A stretch of DNA of 64,000 nt, taken from the NCBI GenBank assembly GCA_965644315.1, contig CBFFRQ010000013.1, forward strand, positions 919,775 through 983,774, given 5' to 3'. A program made the position numbers and the translations under genes. This document shows positions 10,409-22,094 of the stretch, one piece after another. The stretch comes from Caecitellus pseudoparvulus (lineage: Eukaryota; Protista; Bigyra: Bicosoecida). Numbering within the stretch: position 1 is the first letter of the stretch; each line of letters begins with the position of its first letter. Under the pieces are notes generated by a model. The model was not told the origin of the DNA, searched no databases, and worked only from the letters and a program-made list of their open reading frames with translations.

Positions 10409-12355
10409 ATGGACACACCCCTCATGGCGGGCATGAGCGGGGGCGGTCCCCGGAACCCCATCATGTACACAAAGAGCAAGGCGAACGTGCGCTCACCACT
10501 CGTGGCACGCAGCGGCGTCGGCTCCATCAGCGGCGTGCAGTTGAGCGAGACTAGCAGCGCAGACCGCCACGCAGCACTCCGCAGCGACGCACACTTGGAC
10601 GACAGCATCAGCGACGGCGAAGTCATCATCCGCCAGCACGTGCCCATTCGCCTGCACACATCTAACGCGTGCCTGGCCTTGACGCCGCCTGTGCTTGTGG
10701 TGGTGCTGGCGCTGGGGTGTGTGGCCACCGGAGTTCTCTGGCTCCTGCCGCCTGCAGACACACCCCTGCCCACTGACGCCTTGCCCGGCGCCTTCCAGCC
10801 GTGGGTGTTCCGGGGATCCATCGCCCTGATTGCCTTTGGTGTGCTGCTGGTGCCGCTGTACCTGCGTCTGGCTCTCTGCTGCGTTTCGCAGTCTGTCAGC
10901 GTCGCGCGTGAGCGTGACTTCATGGGAGACGCCCTGGTGGAGCAGTGCCTGTCAGGCAACAGCATCTACGAGCACTACGACGTGGCAGGCACACACAACG
11001 CCGAACGCGGAACACTGGTGTTCCTCGCCGGCGCCTCCGCCCCGCGCCACATCATGTGGCCACTGGCCCGGCGGGCTGCGGCAGGGTACAAGGTGATCGT
11101 GGTGGACTGCCCTGGGGCGGGGTCCCTGGCCAATGTGCCCTTCTCCCTGCCTCGCGCACAGCAGGTGCTGACGCGTGTTGTGGAGCGCGAGAACAAGCCC
11201 ACAGCCCCCCTCATGCCGTATGGCTCACGCGTCACGCCCACTCCCCAGCCGTTGCTGCGGACAGGGCTGGTTGCGTGGGGTGCGGCTGGGTTTGTGGCCA
11301 TGCACACTGCTCTGCGGGAGCCCTCTCGCTGGGGGGGCCTGGTCATCCTGGGCCCTATGCCCGACTACATCGGCCGTTTCGCGTGTTCTGGCAACAACGT
11401 GGAACGCCTACTGGCCATCCCCTGGGTAGCTCAGCTGCGGGCACGAGACCTGAGGCGGCGTGTGAACGGGAGGCTTGTCGGGCTGGCTTTGTCGCCGGCC
11501 ACGAGCAAGGGCACTGCTGTGCGCGAGGAGGGGGGGGGCGGAGGGGAGGCATCAGCTTACCCCCACCCTGGCACCGGGGAGAGGGGGGTTGCCACCTCAG
11601 AGGACCCCCCCTCGCACACCCCCCCTCCGTTGGTCGAGACCGCCTCCGTGCATGCCGACGGCAGTCTGACAGGTCCTCCAACCAGCCTGCAGGACATCTC
11701 CGAGGAGGGGGGGTCACGCCAGGCGGGAGGGGGGGTCGGACCCCCCTCCCTTCGCCGCCTCCTCTCCGGCTCCGCCTCAGGCGGTGGACCCCGCCGGAAG
11801 CTGGGCGGACGCCTGCTACCGTCTGCCCAGGGCACGGCCAGCGCACCTGCAGCCTCCCCGACTACAGCATCTGTGCCTGTGTTCGCCGGTGCAGGCGCAA
11901 CTGTGACTGTGGGCGCAGGGGGCGCCGTGCCCCCCCCCCGGATGGGCGCCGTAGTGTCTGTGCTGCAGGCTGGGCCGGGGGGTCTGCCAGTCCTGGACGA
12001 CTTCAACGTCGGCCTGCTGCCCTCCATGCGCGCTGAGATGTGGGGTCTGAACCTCTTCTCGCGCCTGCGTGAGTTCCCCCGCCCCGTCACGTTCGTCGGC
12101 CCGCGCCGGTGGACACGGGAGGTGCTCGAGGCCGCCCCCGTGCGCACAGTCACCACAGCCACCTGCGAGGCGGCCTCATCGGAGGTGCTGCCGCCCCAGG
12201 AAGCCAGGCCTCTCAGTGCCGTCGCCGGCATCCTACTGCGTGCGGTGCAGGGGTGGTCCCTGCACAAGCCCATGCCGCTGGCGGAGGCCCGCGAAATCCG
12301 CCGTGTCTCGCGCAGCAGCTTCCTCAGCCACTCCTCCTTCACCTCTTGGGCTTGA
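10409..12355 (+). CDS. Membrane-anchored alpha/beta-hydrolase-fold protein, probably catalytically degenerate
   Basis: Two hydrophobic segments, then LVFLAG and GYKVIVVDCPGAGS. The nucleophile-elbow position reads AWGAAG rather than GxSxG. Confidence 0.6.
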   Translation: MDTPLMAGMSGGGPRNPIMYTKSKANVRSPLVARSGVGSISGVQLSETSSADRHAALRSDAHLDDSISDGEVIIRQHVPIRLHTSNACLALTPPVLVVVLALGCVATGVLWLLPPADTPLPTDALPGAFQPWVFRGSIALIAFGVLLVPLYLRLALCCVSQSVSVARERDFMGDALVEQCLSGNSIYEHYDVAGTHNAERGTLVFLAGASAPRHIMWPLARRAAAGYKVIVVDCPGAGSLANVPFSLPRAQQVLTRVVERENKPTAPLMPYGSRVTPTPQPLLRTGLVAWGAAGFVAMHTALREPSRWGGLVILGPMPDYIGRFACSGNNVERLLAIPWVAQLRARDLRRRVNGRLVGLALSPATSKGTAVREEGGGGGEASAYPHPGTGERGVATSEDPPSHTPPPLVETASVHADGSLTGPPTSLQDISEEGGSRQAGGGVGPPSLRRLLSGSASGGGPRRKLGGRLLPSAQGTASAPAASPTTASVPVFAGAGATVTVGAGGAVPPPRMGAVVSVLQAGPGGLPVLDDFNVGLLPSMRAEMWGLNLFSRLREFPRPVTFVGPRRWTREVLEAAPVRTVTTATCEAASSEVLPPQEARPLSAVAGILLRAVQGWSLHKPMPLAEAREIRRVSRSSFLSHSSFTSWA

Positions 12356-12382
12356 ATGCATTGCGCTGCATGGGCAGGCGCC

Positions 12383-13296
12383 CTAGGCCTTGCTGGCGCG
12401 CTCCTCGTACTCCAGCGTGTCCAGGTTCACGACAATGGCGTCACCCTCGCCCACGAACGGCGGCACCATGACCGACGCTCCGTTCTCCAGCGTCACACGC
12501 TTGAAGCTCTTGGTGGCCACCGTGTCCTCCCGGATGTGCCCGCCGTCCGTGACGGTGAAGGTAGCCTTGGGCGGCCAGGGGGACACCAGCAGCGGCTGCC
12601 CTGCGTATTTCGCCACCCGCACCCGCATGCCGTCCGACAGGAAGGGCGCGATGCCTTCTCGCACCATGTCACAGTCCACTTCGATCTGCTCGTACGTCTC
12701 CTCGTGCATGAGCACCATGTTCTGGCCTGCAGCGGAAGTGGGTGTGTGGCGGAGAGGGGGGGCGTGAGTGACTGGCGCTCGCGCTGCAGTATTCACAGCC
12801 ACGCTCACCTTCCACATACAGCAGCGTGTAGAACTCGGGGGGGTCGGGCTCGGCGATTGTGACATCCTCTGTGCTGCGCAGACGCGTGTTATTCTTCCTG
12901 GTCCCCGTCAGCTCCTTCAGCTCCAGCTGTGCTCGCGCAGGGGGGGAGGGGATGTGTCTGCCTGGAGCCAGGCCTGGACACCGATTTCCGCACCTGGACA
13001 AAGGCACCGCCTTTCCCCGGCTTCACCGTGTTCATCTTGCGGACCTGTGGCGATGAGCACGAGAACTGGAATGAAACGCACAGGAAGCAGGCACGGCAGC
13101 TGCTGTATCACTCTGCCACACTCACCACCCACAGCGTGTTGTCAATCTCCAGCAAATCCCGCACTCGGACATTGTTGGCGCTCTTGGTGCTGGTGCTCAT
13201 GCAGCTCGCCCCTGACCACGCAGCAAGCTGGGCCAAAGGTGGGGACACGTGGGCGCCCCGCCAAGCACAGCACGCAGCTCGTCTGGCGACCTGCAT
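12383..13296 (-). CDS. efp: Organellar (probably mitochondrial) elongation factor P, 4 exons
   Basis: Arg/Ala-rich presequence. The exons read ANNVRVRDLLEIDNTLWV / VRKMNTVKPGKGGAFVQ / LELKEL..RLRSTEDV / MHEETYEQI...KRVTLENGASVMVPPFVGEGDAIVVN...YEERA, including the EF-P KPGKG loop, with GT-AG introns between them. Confidence 0.9.
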
Positions 13297-13493
13297 GCCT
13301 CTTCACGTTACCAACTTTGCGCGAGTATGTTGCACGGATCGGGTCACGTGGCGCCTGTCAGCAAGGGATTCAAGTGGGACGACCAGATAAAACCGAATCC
13401 CACAGTGAAGTTTTATCATAGGGTCGTGTGAGACCCGTGGTTGGTGCTGCCCCCTGTTCCAAGGTTTGCAGACTCTGCCCAAAGTTGAGAATC

Positions 13494-15386
13494 ATGGCGC
13501 ATGCCCAGACGCGAACCAGTGTCGCCGCAGAAGTCAGTGCCCCAGGCAAGGTGCTCGTAGTGGGGGGCTACCTGGTTCTAGAAGCTGAGCATGGTGGCCT
13601 CGTTGTCGCCACAAGCTCCCGGTTCTACTCGGCTGTGTGGTGGGAGCTGCCGGCAACTGCGGAATTGGAGGCTGCAGGCGTCAATTTCCGCGCGGCAGGC
13701 AGCGCCGAGGCCTGTGCCCAGGCACTGCTGCAGCGCAAGTATGCCGAGCTGAACGGCCTGATCGACGTGCACTCCCTCTCGCCGCCCACGCTGCCGTTGG
13801 TTGTGCACTCTCCCCAGTTCCACGCTGAGATGCACTTCCAGCTTGACACGGCAGCACCCTTCAGCGTCACAGCCAGCGCAGGCACGTCCGCCAACCCGTT
13901 CATCCAGCAGCCCATCACTGCTGCATTCTTAGCAGCACATGCTGCCGCACCCCCCCACCACATCCACAGCACCCTCGCTGTGGCTGCCTGCCTGGGCGCC
14001 ACTCTGCACTGCGCCCTGCAAGCTGACAATGACTTCTACTCCCAGCTGCCACACCTGCAGGCCGCGGGTCAGGCGCCCTCCCTCGCAGCACTGGCCGCCC
14101 TCCCGCCCTGCTTGCCCATGCTGAAGGACCCTTCTGGCTCTCTGCGCCTGTCCAAGACAGGCCTCGGCTCCTCCGCTGCGCTCACCACGAGTCTGGCAGG
14201 GGCGCTTCTGCAGCACCTGGGCATCACCTCCTTGCCCACGGCGCGTCAGCAAGCGGGGGGCGTTTTGGCCGAGGCAGCACCAGCTCGTGCCGTCTTGCCA
14301 GGCGCTGGGCCAGGGGCCCTTCCAGGCGGTGTGCTGGCCACTGCCCACTCTGTGCGCCTCGTGCATCACGTGGCCCAGGTGGCGCACTGCCTGGCCCAAG
14401 GCAAAGTTGGTTCGGGTTTTGACGTCGCGTCGGCGTCGTTTGGCAGCATGGCTTACCACCGGGTGAGCAAGGGTGTGCTGCAACGCATCATGGAGCAGGT
14501 GGGCGGCGCCAGCGCAGCAACAGCTGTGGCGGCAGGCAGCGCGCTGCTGTCACCCGCTGCTGGGTGGGACTACACTGCTGCACCCTTTGCCTTGCCTGCT
14601 TGCTGTGACATCGTCCTCGGTGACGTGTGTGGCGGCAGTGAAACGCCCTCCATGGTGCGCAAGGTGTTGGCGTGGCTGGCCGCCGCCCCCGCCCACAGGA
14701 ACTTCTGGCAGGCACTGGGTGGAATAAACACAGCAGTGGGTGAGATGCTGCATTGTGTGTCCCAGTTCACCGGGCCAGCGGCTGACAGCGAAGCGCGGAA
14801 GCTTGCGCAGCTGCCGCAGTGTGGCTGGCCAGTGCCTGACGGCGCCGCGCCGCTGGCCCTCAGCGGCGAGTCCCCGCAAGAAGTCACTGCGACTGTGCAG
14901 GGATGGCTGAAGACCAAACCGTGGTCCAGCCCCGCCACAGTTGGGCAGGCGTTGTGGTGGACAGGGCAGGTGTGGGGGGTGGCGCGCCGCATGCTGCGGT
15001 GTATGGGCGTTGCCGCTGAAGTGCCCATTGAGCCTGCCAGCCAGACCATGCTCCTGGATGCCACCCTGGACCTGCCAGGGGTGTTGGCTGTGGGTGTACC
15101 GGGTGCAGGCGGCTACGACGCAGTGTATGCCGTGTGCCTAGGGGGGGCGGAAGGAAAGGCTGCAGTGGCTGACCACTGGCTGAAGCAGCAGGAGCAAGGT
15201 GCCGTGTGCCCACTGCTGCTCTCAGCAGGAGCTAGCTCGCTGCGAGGCAGTGACGCCGATGGCGCTGCCCAACCCGCCACAAAGCCAGGCACAAAGCCAG
15301 AGGCTGGTGTGAAGCCATGGGCGCTGGCAGCTGGGTTTGTCGCGCTCGCGTTGGCATGCGCCCTCTCCACGCAACGACCAGCGTGA
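13494..15386 (+). CDS. ERG8: ERG8-type (GHMP) phosphomevalonate kinase with C-terminal hydrophobic tail
   Basis: SAPGKVLVVGGYLVL, ADNDFYSQ, KTGLGSSAAL, AHCLAQGKVGSGFD, GGSETPSMV, VPIEP..QT.LLD and GVPGAGGYDA. Confidence 0.93.
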   Translation: MAHAQTRTSVAAEVSAPGKVLVVGGYLVLEAEHGGLVVATSSRFYSAVWWELPATAELEAAGVNFRAAGSAEACAQALLQRKYAELNGLIDVHSLSPPTLPLVVHSPQFHAEMHFQLDTAAPFSVTASAGTSANPFIQQPITAAFLAAHAAAPPHHIHSTLAVAACLGATLHCALQADNDFYSQLPHLQAAGQAPSLAALAALPPCLPMLKDPSGSLRLSKTGLGSSAALTTSLAGALLQHLGITSLPTARQQAGGVLAEAAPARAVLPGAGPGALPGGVLATAHSVRLVHHVAQVAHCLAQGKVGSGFDVASASFGSMAYHRVSKGVLQRIMEQVGGASAATAVAAGSALLSPAAGWDYTAAPFALPACCDIVLGDVCGGSETPSMVRKVLAWLAAAPAHRNFWQALGGINTAVGEMLHCVSQFTGPAADSEARKLAQLPQCGWPVPDGAAPLALSGESPQEVTATVQGWLKTKPWSSPATVGQALWWTGQVWGVARRMLRCMGVAAEVPIEPASQTMLLDATLDLPGVLAVGVPGAGGYDAVYAVCLGGAEGKAAVADHWLKQQEQGAVCPLLLSAGASSLRGSDADGAAQPATKPGTKPEAGVKPWALAAGFVALALACALSTQRPA

Positions 15387-15853
15387 GATGCCCCACAGGC
15401 AACATGAACATGATCCATTGTGTCCCAGCCCTTCCAATGCAGGAACCATGTGCCCGACTGAAGCAGCTGGATAGCCACTTGCGACACGCTGTACCCAGGC
15501 CAGTCACACAGCACCCAATGCCTGCAGGGAAGGTGGGAGCAAGAGCTTTGTTGAGATATATGCCTTAGATGTACTGGGGGGTACACGTGCGGCGCGCTGC
15601 CTGCGTTCGTGGCGTCAAGGCTGACGGGAGACGGTTCCATCCGAGTTTCACCTGCACACTTCCGCGGTCGTGCGGCAAATCAAACACCACAACGTGCGAC
15701 TCTACCCTCCGTGAGTCTTCTGCACAGTAAGCACTGTCTAGCCTTACACTTTCATCCAGCTCCGACTGAGCCAGGCCATTGCCCACGTCCTTCTGGCTGT
15801 GCCTGCGTTGAAAGCGCGCTTTGCACCTCCCCCTCCTTCTACAAGCGACAGCC

Positions 15854-17696
15854 ATGATCTCGCCACACCGTGTGTCTTGCGCTGCACTAGCAACTGCTCA
15901 CCAGCACGTCACAACACTTGAGCACTCCGTTGCTGCTTCCCACAGGCGTCCTGGCCATCGCCGCCGCACTGGCATGTGCTGCACTGCACATGACTGCAGC
16001 TGCAGATGCCCCAGCAGCCTCCCGACAGCTGCAGGTCAACGGGGCACTGCGCCTGGTGGGCGGCCACACAGAGAACATGGGGTACCTGCAGGCATATGTG
16101 AATGGCGAGTGGGGCACGGTGTGCAATGATGGCTTCAGCACCCCAGAGGGCCAAGTCGCATGCGAGCTGCTGGGGTACTCTGAGCTTGTTGGTGTGTCCA
16201 GCGGCTCCAGCAGCATGAGGGTGTCTGTGGCGAGTGCGACGTCGACGTATGTGGTGCCCGTAGAATCTGAGTGTCAAGTCCCTATCCTGTGGGACGACGT
16301 GACGTGCTACACGCCCGCTTCCGGCAGCTCGGTGCCACGCTGCACGTTCCGCAGCCGGGAGTGGGGCTCGGAGAACTGCAGCCCTTTCGAGAATGTCGTC
16401 CTGCGCTGCACATCTACATCAAGAGAGCTGATCTCTGGCGGCTCTTTCTCTGGCACGCCTGCTGGCTGCACGCCCAGCTCCACGCGCTTCCGCCTCACCG
16501 GCTCGGGCTCCTCCAACTACGGGCGCCTGGAGGTGTCGTACGATGGCTCGTGCAGCGGGCAGAGCATCTCCAGCATCTACGCGTCAAAGGGCTGCTCGAG
16601 CTCGGCACCGACGGGCGGCATCTGGGGGTCGGTGTGTGACGACAGCTTCTCCAACTCTGATGCCCATGCGGTGTGTCAGACCCTTGGGTACCTTGGAGCA
16701 TCGCTGAACACCAACCAAGGTGCCACTTCCTCATCAGCAAACACCCGCACTGTCTACCCTGTCACGTACCGGCCAGACACATCTGTGGATATTGTGCTGG
16801 ATGATGTGGATTGCCGCACCACCACACCACAGCAGGCTGGCGGCTCCATCTTGGCCGCATGCAGCACGCGCACGCCTGGGCAGCACAACTGCGGGCACAG
16901 TGAGGATGTGACGCTGTTCTGTGCGAACAGTGTGCCTGTGCAGTCTAGCAGCATTCCAAGCGGGTCAGGGTCAGCCCCAAGCACTGACAACCCTGACGCA
17001 CCAGGAGGGTCGAGCGGGTCCGGTGGGTCGAGCGGCTCCAGCGGCTCCAGCACATCAGGGGCTGCTGGTTTCGCATCTGTCATCGGCTCCATCATCCCCG
17101 CCCTCGTCGTGGTGTCCATCATTGCCGTGGCCGTGCGTGTGTACCGAGCACGCCGGGCACGCCAGGCAGCGTCAGCGACAACCGCTGCAGTTGCCGCCAG
17201 CAGTCAGTCCCCATCCCCGGCACCCAGTCCATCCCCTGCACCGGCGCCCTCCCCATCTACCGTGCAGAGCTTCTCAGTAGCCAGCCCTGTGTCTCCTTCC
17301 GGGTCTGCGACACCTGCACCCACTCCCTACGCCATGCCGGCCTCCAACCCATATCCGGGCAGTGCTGGCTACCCCAGCGGCCCTGGTGCAAGCTACCCGC
17401 CCAACAACGGTGGTGGGCCTGGTGCATACCCTGGCGCTGGTGCGTACCCTGGTGCTGCCCCGACAGGCGGCGGGTACCCGGGGTCCACCCCATACCCCGG
17501 CGCCAGTGCATACCCTGGCGCGTACCCATCAGGTGGTGGGCCTGGTGCAGGCGGGTATCCAGGCGCCAGTGCGTATCCCACGGCGCCGGTGTCGAGCTAT
17601 GGGTACAGTGCGCAGCCTGGTGGGTATGGGGGTGTGACTCCAGGCATGCCGCCGGGGTCAGGGGGGTCAGACGCGCCACCCCCGCAGTACTCGTGA
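15854..17696 (+). CDS. Type I membrane protein with two SRCR domains and a Pro/Gly/Tyr-rich tail (copy 1)
   Basis: LRLVGG..G.L...NG.WGTVCND.F....VAC..LGY...I.WDDV.C and a second WGSVCDDSF...VC..LG...IVLDDVDC...HNCGHSEDV.L.C; TM segment IIPALVVVSIIAVAV; GAYPG repeats. ATG 15854 followed by a short intron gives the signal peptide MISPHRVLAIAAALA. Confidence 0.88.
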
Positions 17697-18002
17697 GCGG
17701 GTAAAGGTGGATGTGTGATGCTGTGAGGAGTGCGGAAGGTCGTGTGGCTGTTGGCTGTTGGCGCGTCAAAGGTGTGCTGGTAGCTGTGGGGAGGGGGGTG
17801 TGGAGGGGTGTGTGGACAGTGTGGTGTGCAGGGTGAATGCACTAGCCAATTCCAATTTTGCACACTTGAGGATGAGATCTGTTTGTGGAATACCATCTGC
17901 ACGCTGGCGCTTGCCATAGTGTCTGCTGTCCCTGCTTCCTGCAAGCGAATCTCGGCCCGGAAGTTGCCTGGCACTGTCCACAACACCTCACGAGCGACAG
18001 CC

Positions 18003-19869
18003 ATGAAGTCGCCACACCGTGCGTCCTGCACTGTACCATCTGACGGACTTCAGTAGCATGCAGCACTTTACCGCTCCGTTGCTGCTTCCCACAGGTGTCC
18101 TGGCCATCGCCGCCGCACTGGCATGTGCTGCACTGCACATGACTGCAGCTGCAGATGCCCCAGCAGCCTCCCGACAGCTGCAGGTCAACGGGGCACTGCG
18201 CCTGGTGGGCGGCCACACAGAGAACATGGGGTACCTGCAAGCGTACGTCAATGGTCGATGGGGCACGGTTTGTGACGACAGCTTCGGCTCGCCAGAGGGC
18301 CAGGTGGCCTGCGAGCTGCTGGGGTACTCTGAGCTTGTTGGTGTGTCCAGCGGCTCCAGCAGCATGAGGGTGTCTGTGGCGAGTGCGACGTCGACGTATG
18401 TGGTGCCCGTGTCATCTGAGTGTCAAGTCCCTATCCTGTGGGACGACGTGATCTGCTATGCTCCCATCTCCGGCAGCTCGGTGCCACGCTGCACGTTCCG
18501 CAGCCGGGAGTGGGGCTCTGAAAACTGCAGCCCGTTCGAGAATGTCGTCCTGCGCTGTACGTCCAACTCGAGTGAGCTGCTGCCAGGCACAATCTTGGCT
18601 GGCAACCCCTCTGGCTGCACGCCCAGCTCCACGCGCTTCCGCCTCACTGGCTCGAACTCCTCCAACTATGGGCGCCTGGAGGTGTCGTACGATGGCTCGT
18701 GCAACGGTCAAAGCATCTCCAGTATCTACGCGTCAAAGGGCTGCTCGGGCTCAGTGCCGACGGGCAGCATCTGGGGGTCGGTGTGCGACGACAGCTTCTC
18801 CAACTCTGACGCCCACGCTGTATGCCTGACAATGGGTTTCCGGGGCGCCTCAGAACTGACGAACCAGGCCGCGACAGACTCTGCCGCAGGTTCCTACACA
18901 GAAACCATGTATCCTGCCACTTACAGACCAGACGCGTCTGTGCCTATCGTGCTGGATGATGTGGATTGCCGCACCACCACACCACAGCAGGCTGGCGGCT
19001 CCATCTTGGCCGCATGCAGCACGCGCACGCCTGGGCAGCACAACTGCGGGCACAGTGAGGATGTGACGCTGTTCTGTGCGAACAGTGTGCCTGTGCAGTC
19101 TAGCAGCATTCCAAGCGGGTCAGGGTCAGCCCCAAGCACTGACAACCCTGACGCACCAGCCGATGATGATGATTCCGATGACTCAACAGGCTCCGGTGGG
19201 TCGAGCGGCTCCAGCGGCTCCAGCACATCAGGGGCTGCTGGTTTCGCATCTGTCATCGGCTCCATCATCCCCGCCCTCGTCGTGGTGTCCATCATTGCCG
19301 TGGCCGTGCGTGTGTACCGAGCACGCCGGGCACGCCAGGCAGCGTCAGCGACAACCGCTGCAGTTGCCGCCAGCAGTCAGTCCCCATCCCCGGCACCCAG
19401 TCCATCCCCTGCACCGGCGCCCTCCCCATCTACCGTGCAGAGCTTCTCAGTAGCCAGCCCTGTATCTCCTTCCGGGTCTGCGACACCTGCACCCACTCCC
19501 TACGCCATGCCAGCTTCCAACCCATACCCAGGCAGTGCCGCATATCCAAGTGCTCCACCACCGAGCTACCCACCCAACAACGGTGGTGGGCCTGGTGCAT
19601 ACCCTGGCGCTGGTGCGTACCCTGGTGCTGCCCCGACAGGCGGCGGGTACCCGGGGTCCACCCCATACCCCGGCGCCAGTGCATACCCTGGCGCGTACCC
19701 ATCAGGTGGTGGGCCTGGTGCAGGCGGGTATCCAGGCGCCAGTGCGTATCCCACGGCGCCGGTGTCGAGCTATGGGTACAGTGCGCAGCCTGGTGGGTAT
19801 GGGGGCGTGACTCCAGGCATGCCGCCGGGGTCAGGGGGGTCAGACGCGCCACCCCCGCAGTACTCGTGA
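18003..19869 (+). CDS. Type I membrane protein with two SRCR domains (tandem copy 2)
   Basis: Near-identical paralog of 15854..17696. ATG 18003 and intron 18019-18094 sit at the same relative positions. Confidence 0.88.
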
Positions 19870-20143
19870 GCGGGTGTTGTGATGGATGGTGGGTGGGTGG
19901 CTGTTGGCGCGTCAAAGGTGTGCTGGTGGCTGAGGGGGGTGTGTGGAGGGGAGTGGTGTGCCGAGTGAATGCAATTTTCAAAGCATGCCAGAAAGTAAAT
20001 CAACGCCTTTGTGGAAGGGATTGGTTTCATTCACTTGTCTCGTCACAGGGCTGCTCTCTTTTTGGGCGGGTGCAAGGCAGGCCAGTTGGGTGCACCCCAG
20101 GGCAGTTGTGACTGAGTGACGTTTGCGCGCATTCTGCCGCACC

Positions 20144-21907
20144 ATGCGAGGCTTGTCTTTGCTGTGCACCGCAGCGATTGTGTCCGCATCACTGGCGCTG
20201 GATGCTGGGCGGGATTATGCCTTGATGATTGACGCGGGGTCCACGGGCAGGTGTGTTGTCCGTGCTGTGGTTGCTTGCGGAATTTGGTGCTCCCTCACGC
20301 CCCTCTCGTTCCCTCGCCTTGCAGCCGCGCACGGCTGTACTCATGGCCAAGCCGGGTGTTCAAGACGCTGCCCCCCCCACTTTCAGTGCCCATTCAGCAG
20401 GAGGATTTTCTGTTCAAGGTCAAGCCTGGCATCGACACGACCGCAGGCAGGCAGGCCTTGACGTCTCTTTTGCAGCAGTGCAAGGCAGACCCGGTGTTGG
20501 CTGGCAGCCCTGAGCGCTGGGCTGACGTTCCCATTTTCTTGTTTGCTACTGCTGGCATGCGTGTGTTGGATCCTGCGGCCCGTGAAGCCGCGTTTGCCGA
20601 GGTTCGGGCAACGCTAGCTGGCTCTGGCTTTGCCTTTGCGCCTCGCCAAGCTCGCGGTGAGTGCCGCAGCCAGACACGGGAACCATGCGCGCGCCTGCAG
20701 CTCGTGCGCCTACCTTCCCTTCACAGTGATCGCGGGGGAAGAAGAAGGCGTGTTCGGCTGGCTCACCGCTAACAAGCTGCAGGGGCGGCTGCCGAAGGAC
20801 TCCAGCCAAGCGTACGTGGGCGCCCTGGACATGGGCGGTGCCTCCACCCAAATCACCTTTGCACCCAGCTCGTCCCTGCTGGCCAATGCCTATCACGTGG
20901 GTCTGGAGAACCAGGTGCAAGCGGATGTGTACACGCATTCGTTCCTGTACTTCGGCCTGGACAAGGCCCGCTGGCGCACGAACCAGGTGGTGCTGTTGAA
21001 CACCACCCAGTCTGCTGGGGGCAGCTGGCCCCACCCGTGCTGGCTGCAGAACGGCTCCACTCCCTACCAGCTCACTGTGAACGGGGTGGGGGACGATGTG
21101 CCCTTCACAGGTGCGGGGGACTGGCAGGCATGCTTGAACGCCGTGAACTACCTCATGAACAAGGCCACCGTCTGCTTGACTGATGCGCTGGACCCTGCAA
21201 CGCTGCAGCCTGCAACTGCGCTGCCGGCCGGTGGCGCAGCAGGTTTGCCTGCGGGCGGGCGACTGCCCACCATCAACGCCGCCGCAAACTCGTCCTGCTC
21301 GGTGAATGGCGTGTACCAGCCGCCCCTCGGCCAGGTGCAGTTCTACGCCTTCTCAGGGTACTCCTACCTGTACGAGTTCTTTGGCTTGGGCGCCAGCTCC
21401 ACCCCCAGCGACCTGGCGCGCGCCGGGGAGCACTTCTGCGGTTTGGACCTGGCAGCCGCCCAGGCTGAGCACCCAGGGCAAGACGAGGAGTTCCTGACCA
21501 CCTACTGCTTCACTGCTGCCTACGTGTACAGCCTGTGGACGACGGGGTACGGCTTTGCCCCCGACAGCACCAACATCCACGTCGTGACGGGGGCCAACGC
21601 CAGCGCCTACTCGTACGCCTTCGGCAGCATGATTTCAGAGGCCAACGCCATGGCGTGGAGCTACGACGGGGGCAAGCCAGCCCCTGCCAAGGCGGGCAAG
21701 TGGCAGCTGGTGGGCATCGCCATGATCTGCATCGCTTCAGTCGCCACCCTGGCGGCCTTCTTGCTGGCGTTCAAGGTGGGCTTGTGCTGCAAGCGCGAGG
21801 CAAGCCCCACCACGCTGAAGGGCGACTCCTTCAACATCCAGGGCGAGCAGGAGGCGTCCCTCGTCGGCCGCAGCTCCCTGGATGTGCACCAGGGGGCGGC
21901 GGTGTAA
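20144..21907 (+). CDS. GDA1/CD39-family NTPDase (apyrase), signal peptide and C-terminal TM, 3 exons
   Basis: Apyrase conserved regions IDAGSTG, ATAGMR, I.GEEEG.FGW.TAN and GALDMGGASTQITF, plus VYTHSFLYFG. Confidence 0.92.
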
Positions 21908-22094
21908 GCTGGACAGCGAGTGTTCACGCCAGACCAGCACGTTGCTGTGGGCGGCACGCAAACCCGGCTCGTGGTCAAAATTCACGTCTACCACCACAAA
22001 TTGCAGGCTTCACGACAACGTGAGTGCCCTCTCCCCTGTGGACAGTCTTGCCTTGTTTGTGTCCGGGCGTTGGACGGTAACGGCAAACCGCGTC

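Noticed and set aside
12383-13296. EF-P as bacterial contamination
   Set aside because: It has spliceosomal introns, a targeting presequence and host-like composition.
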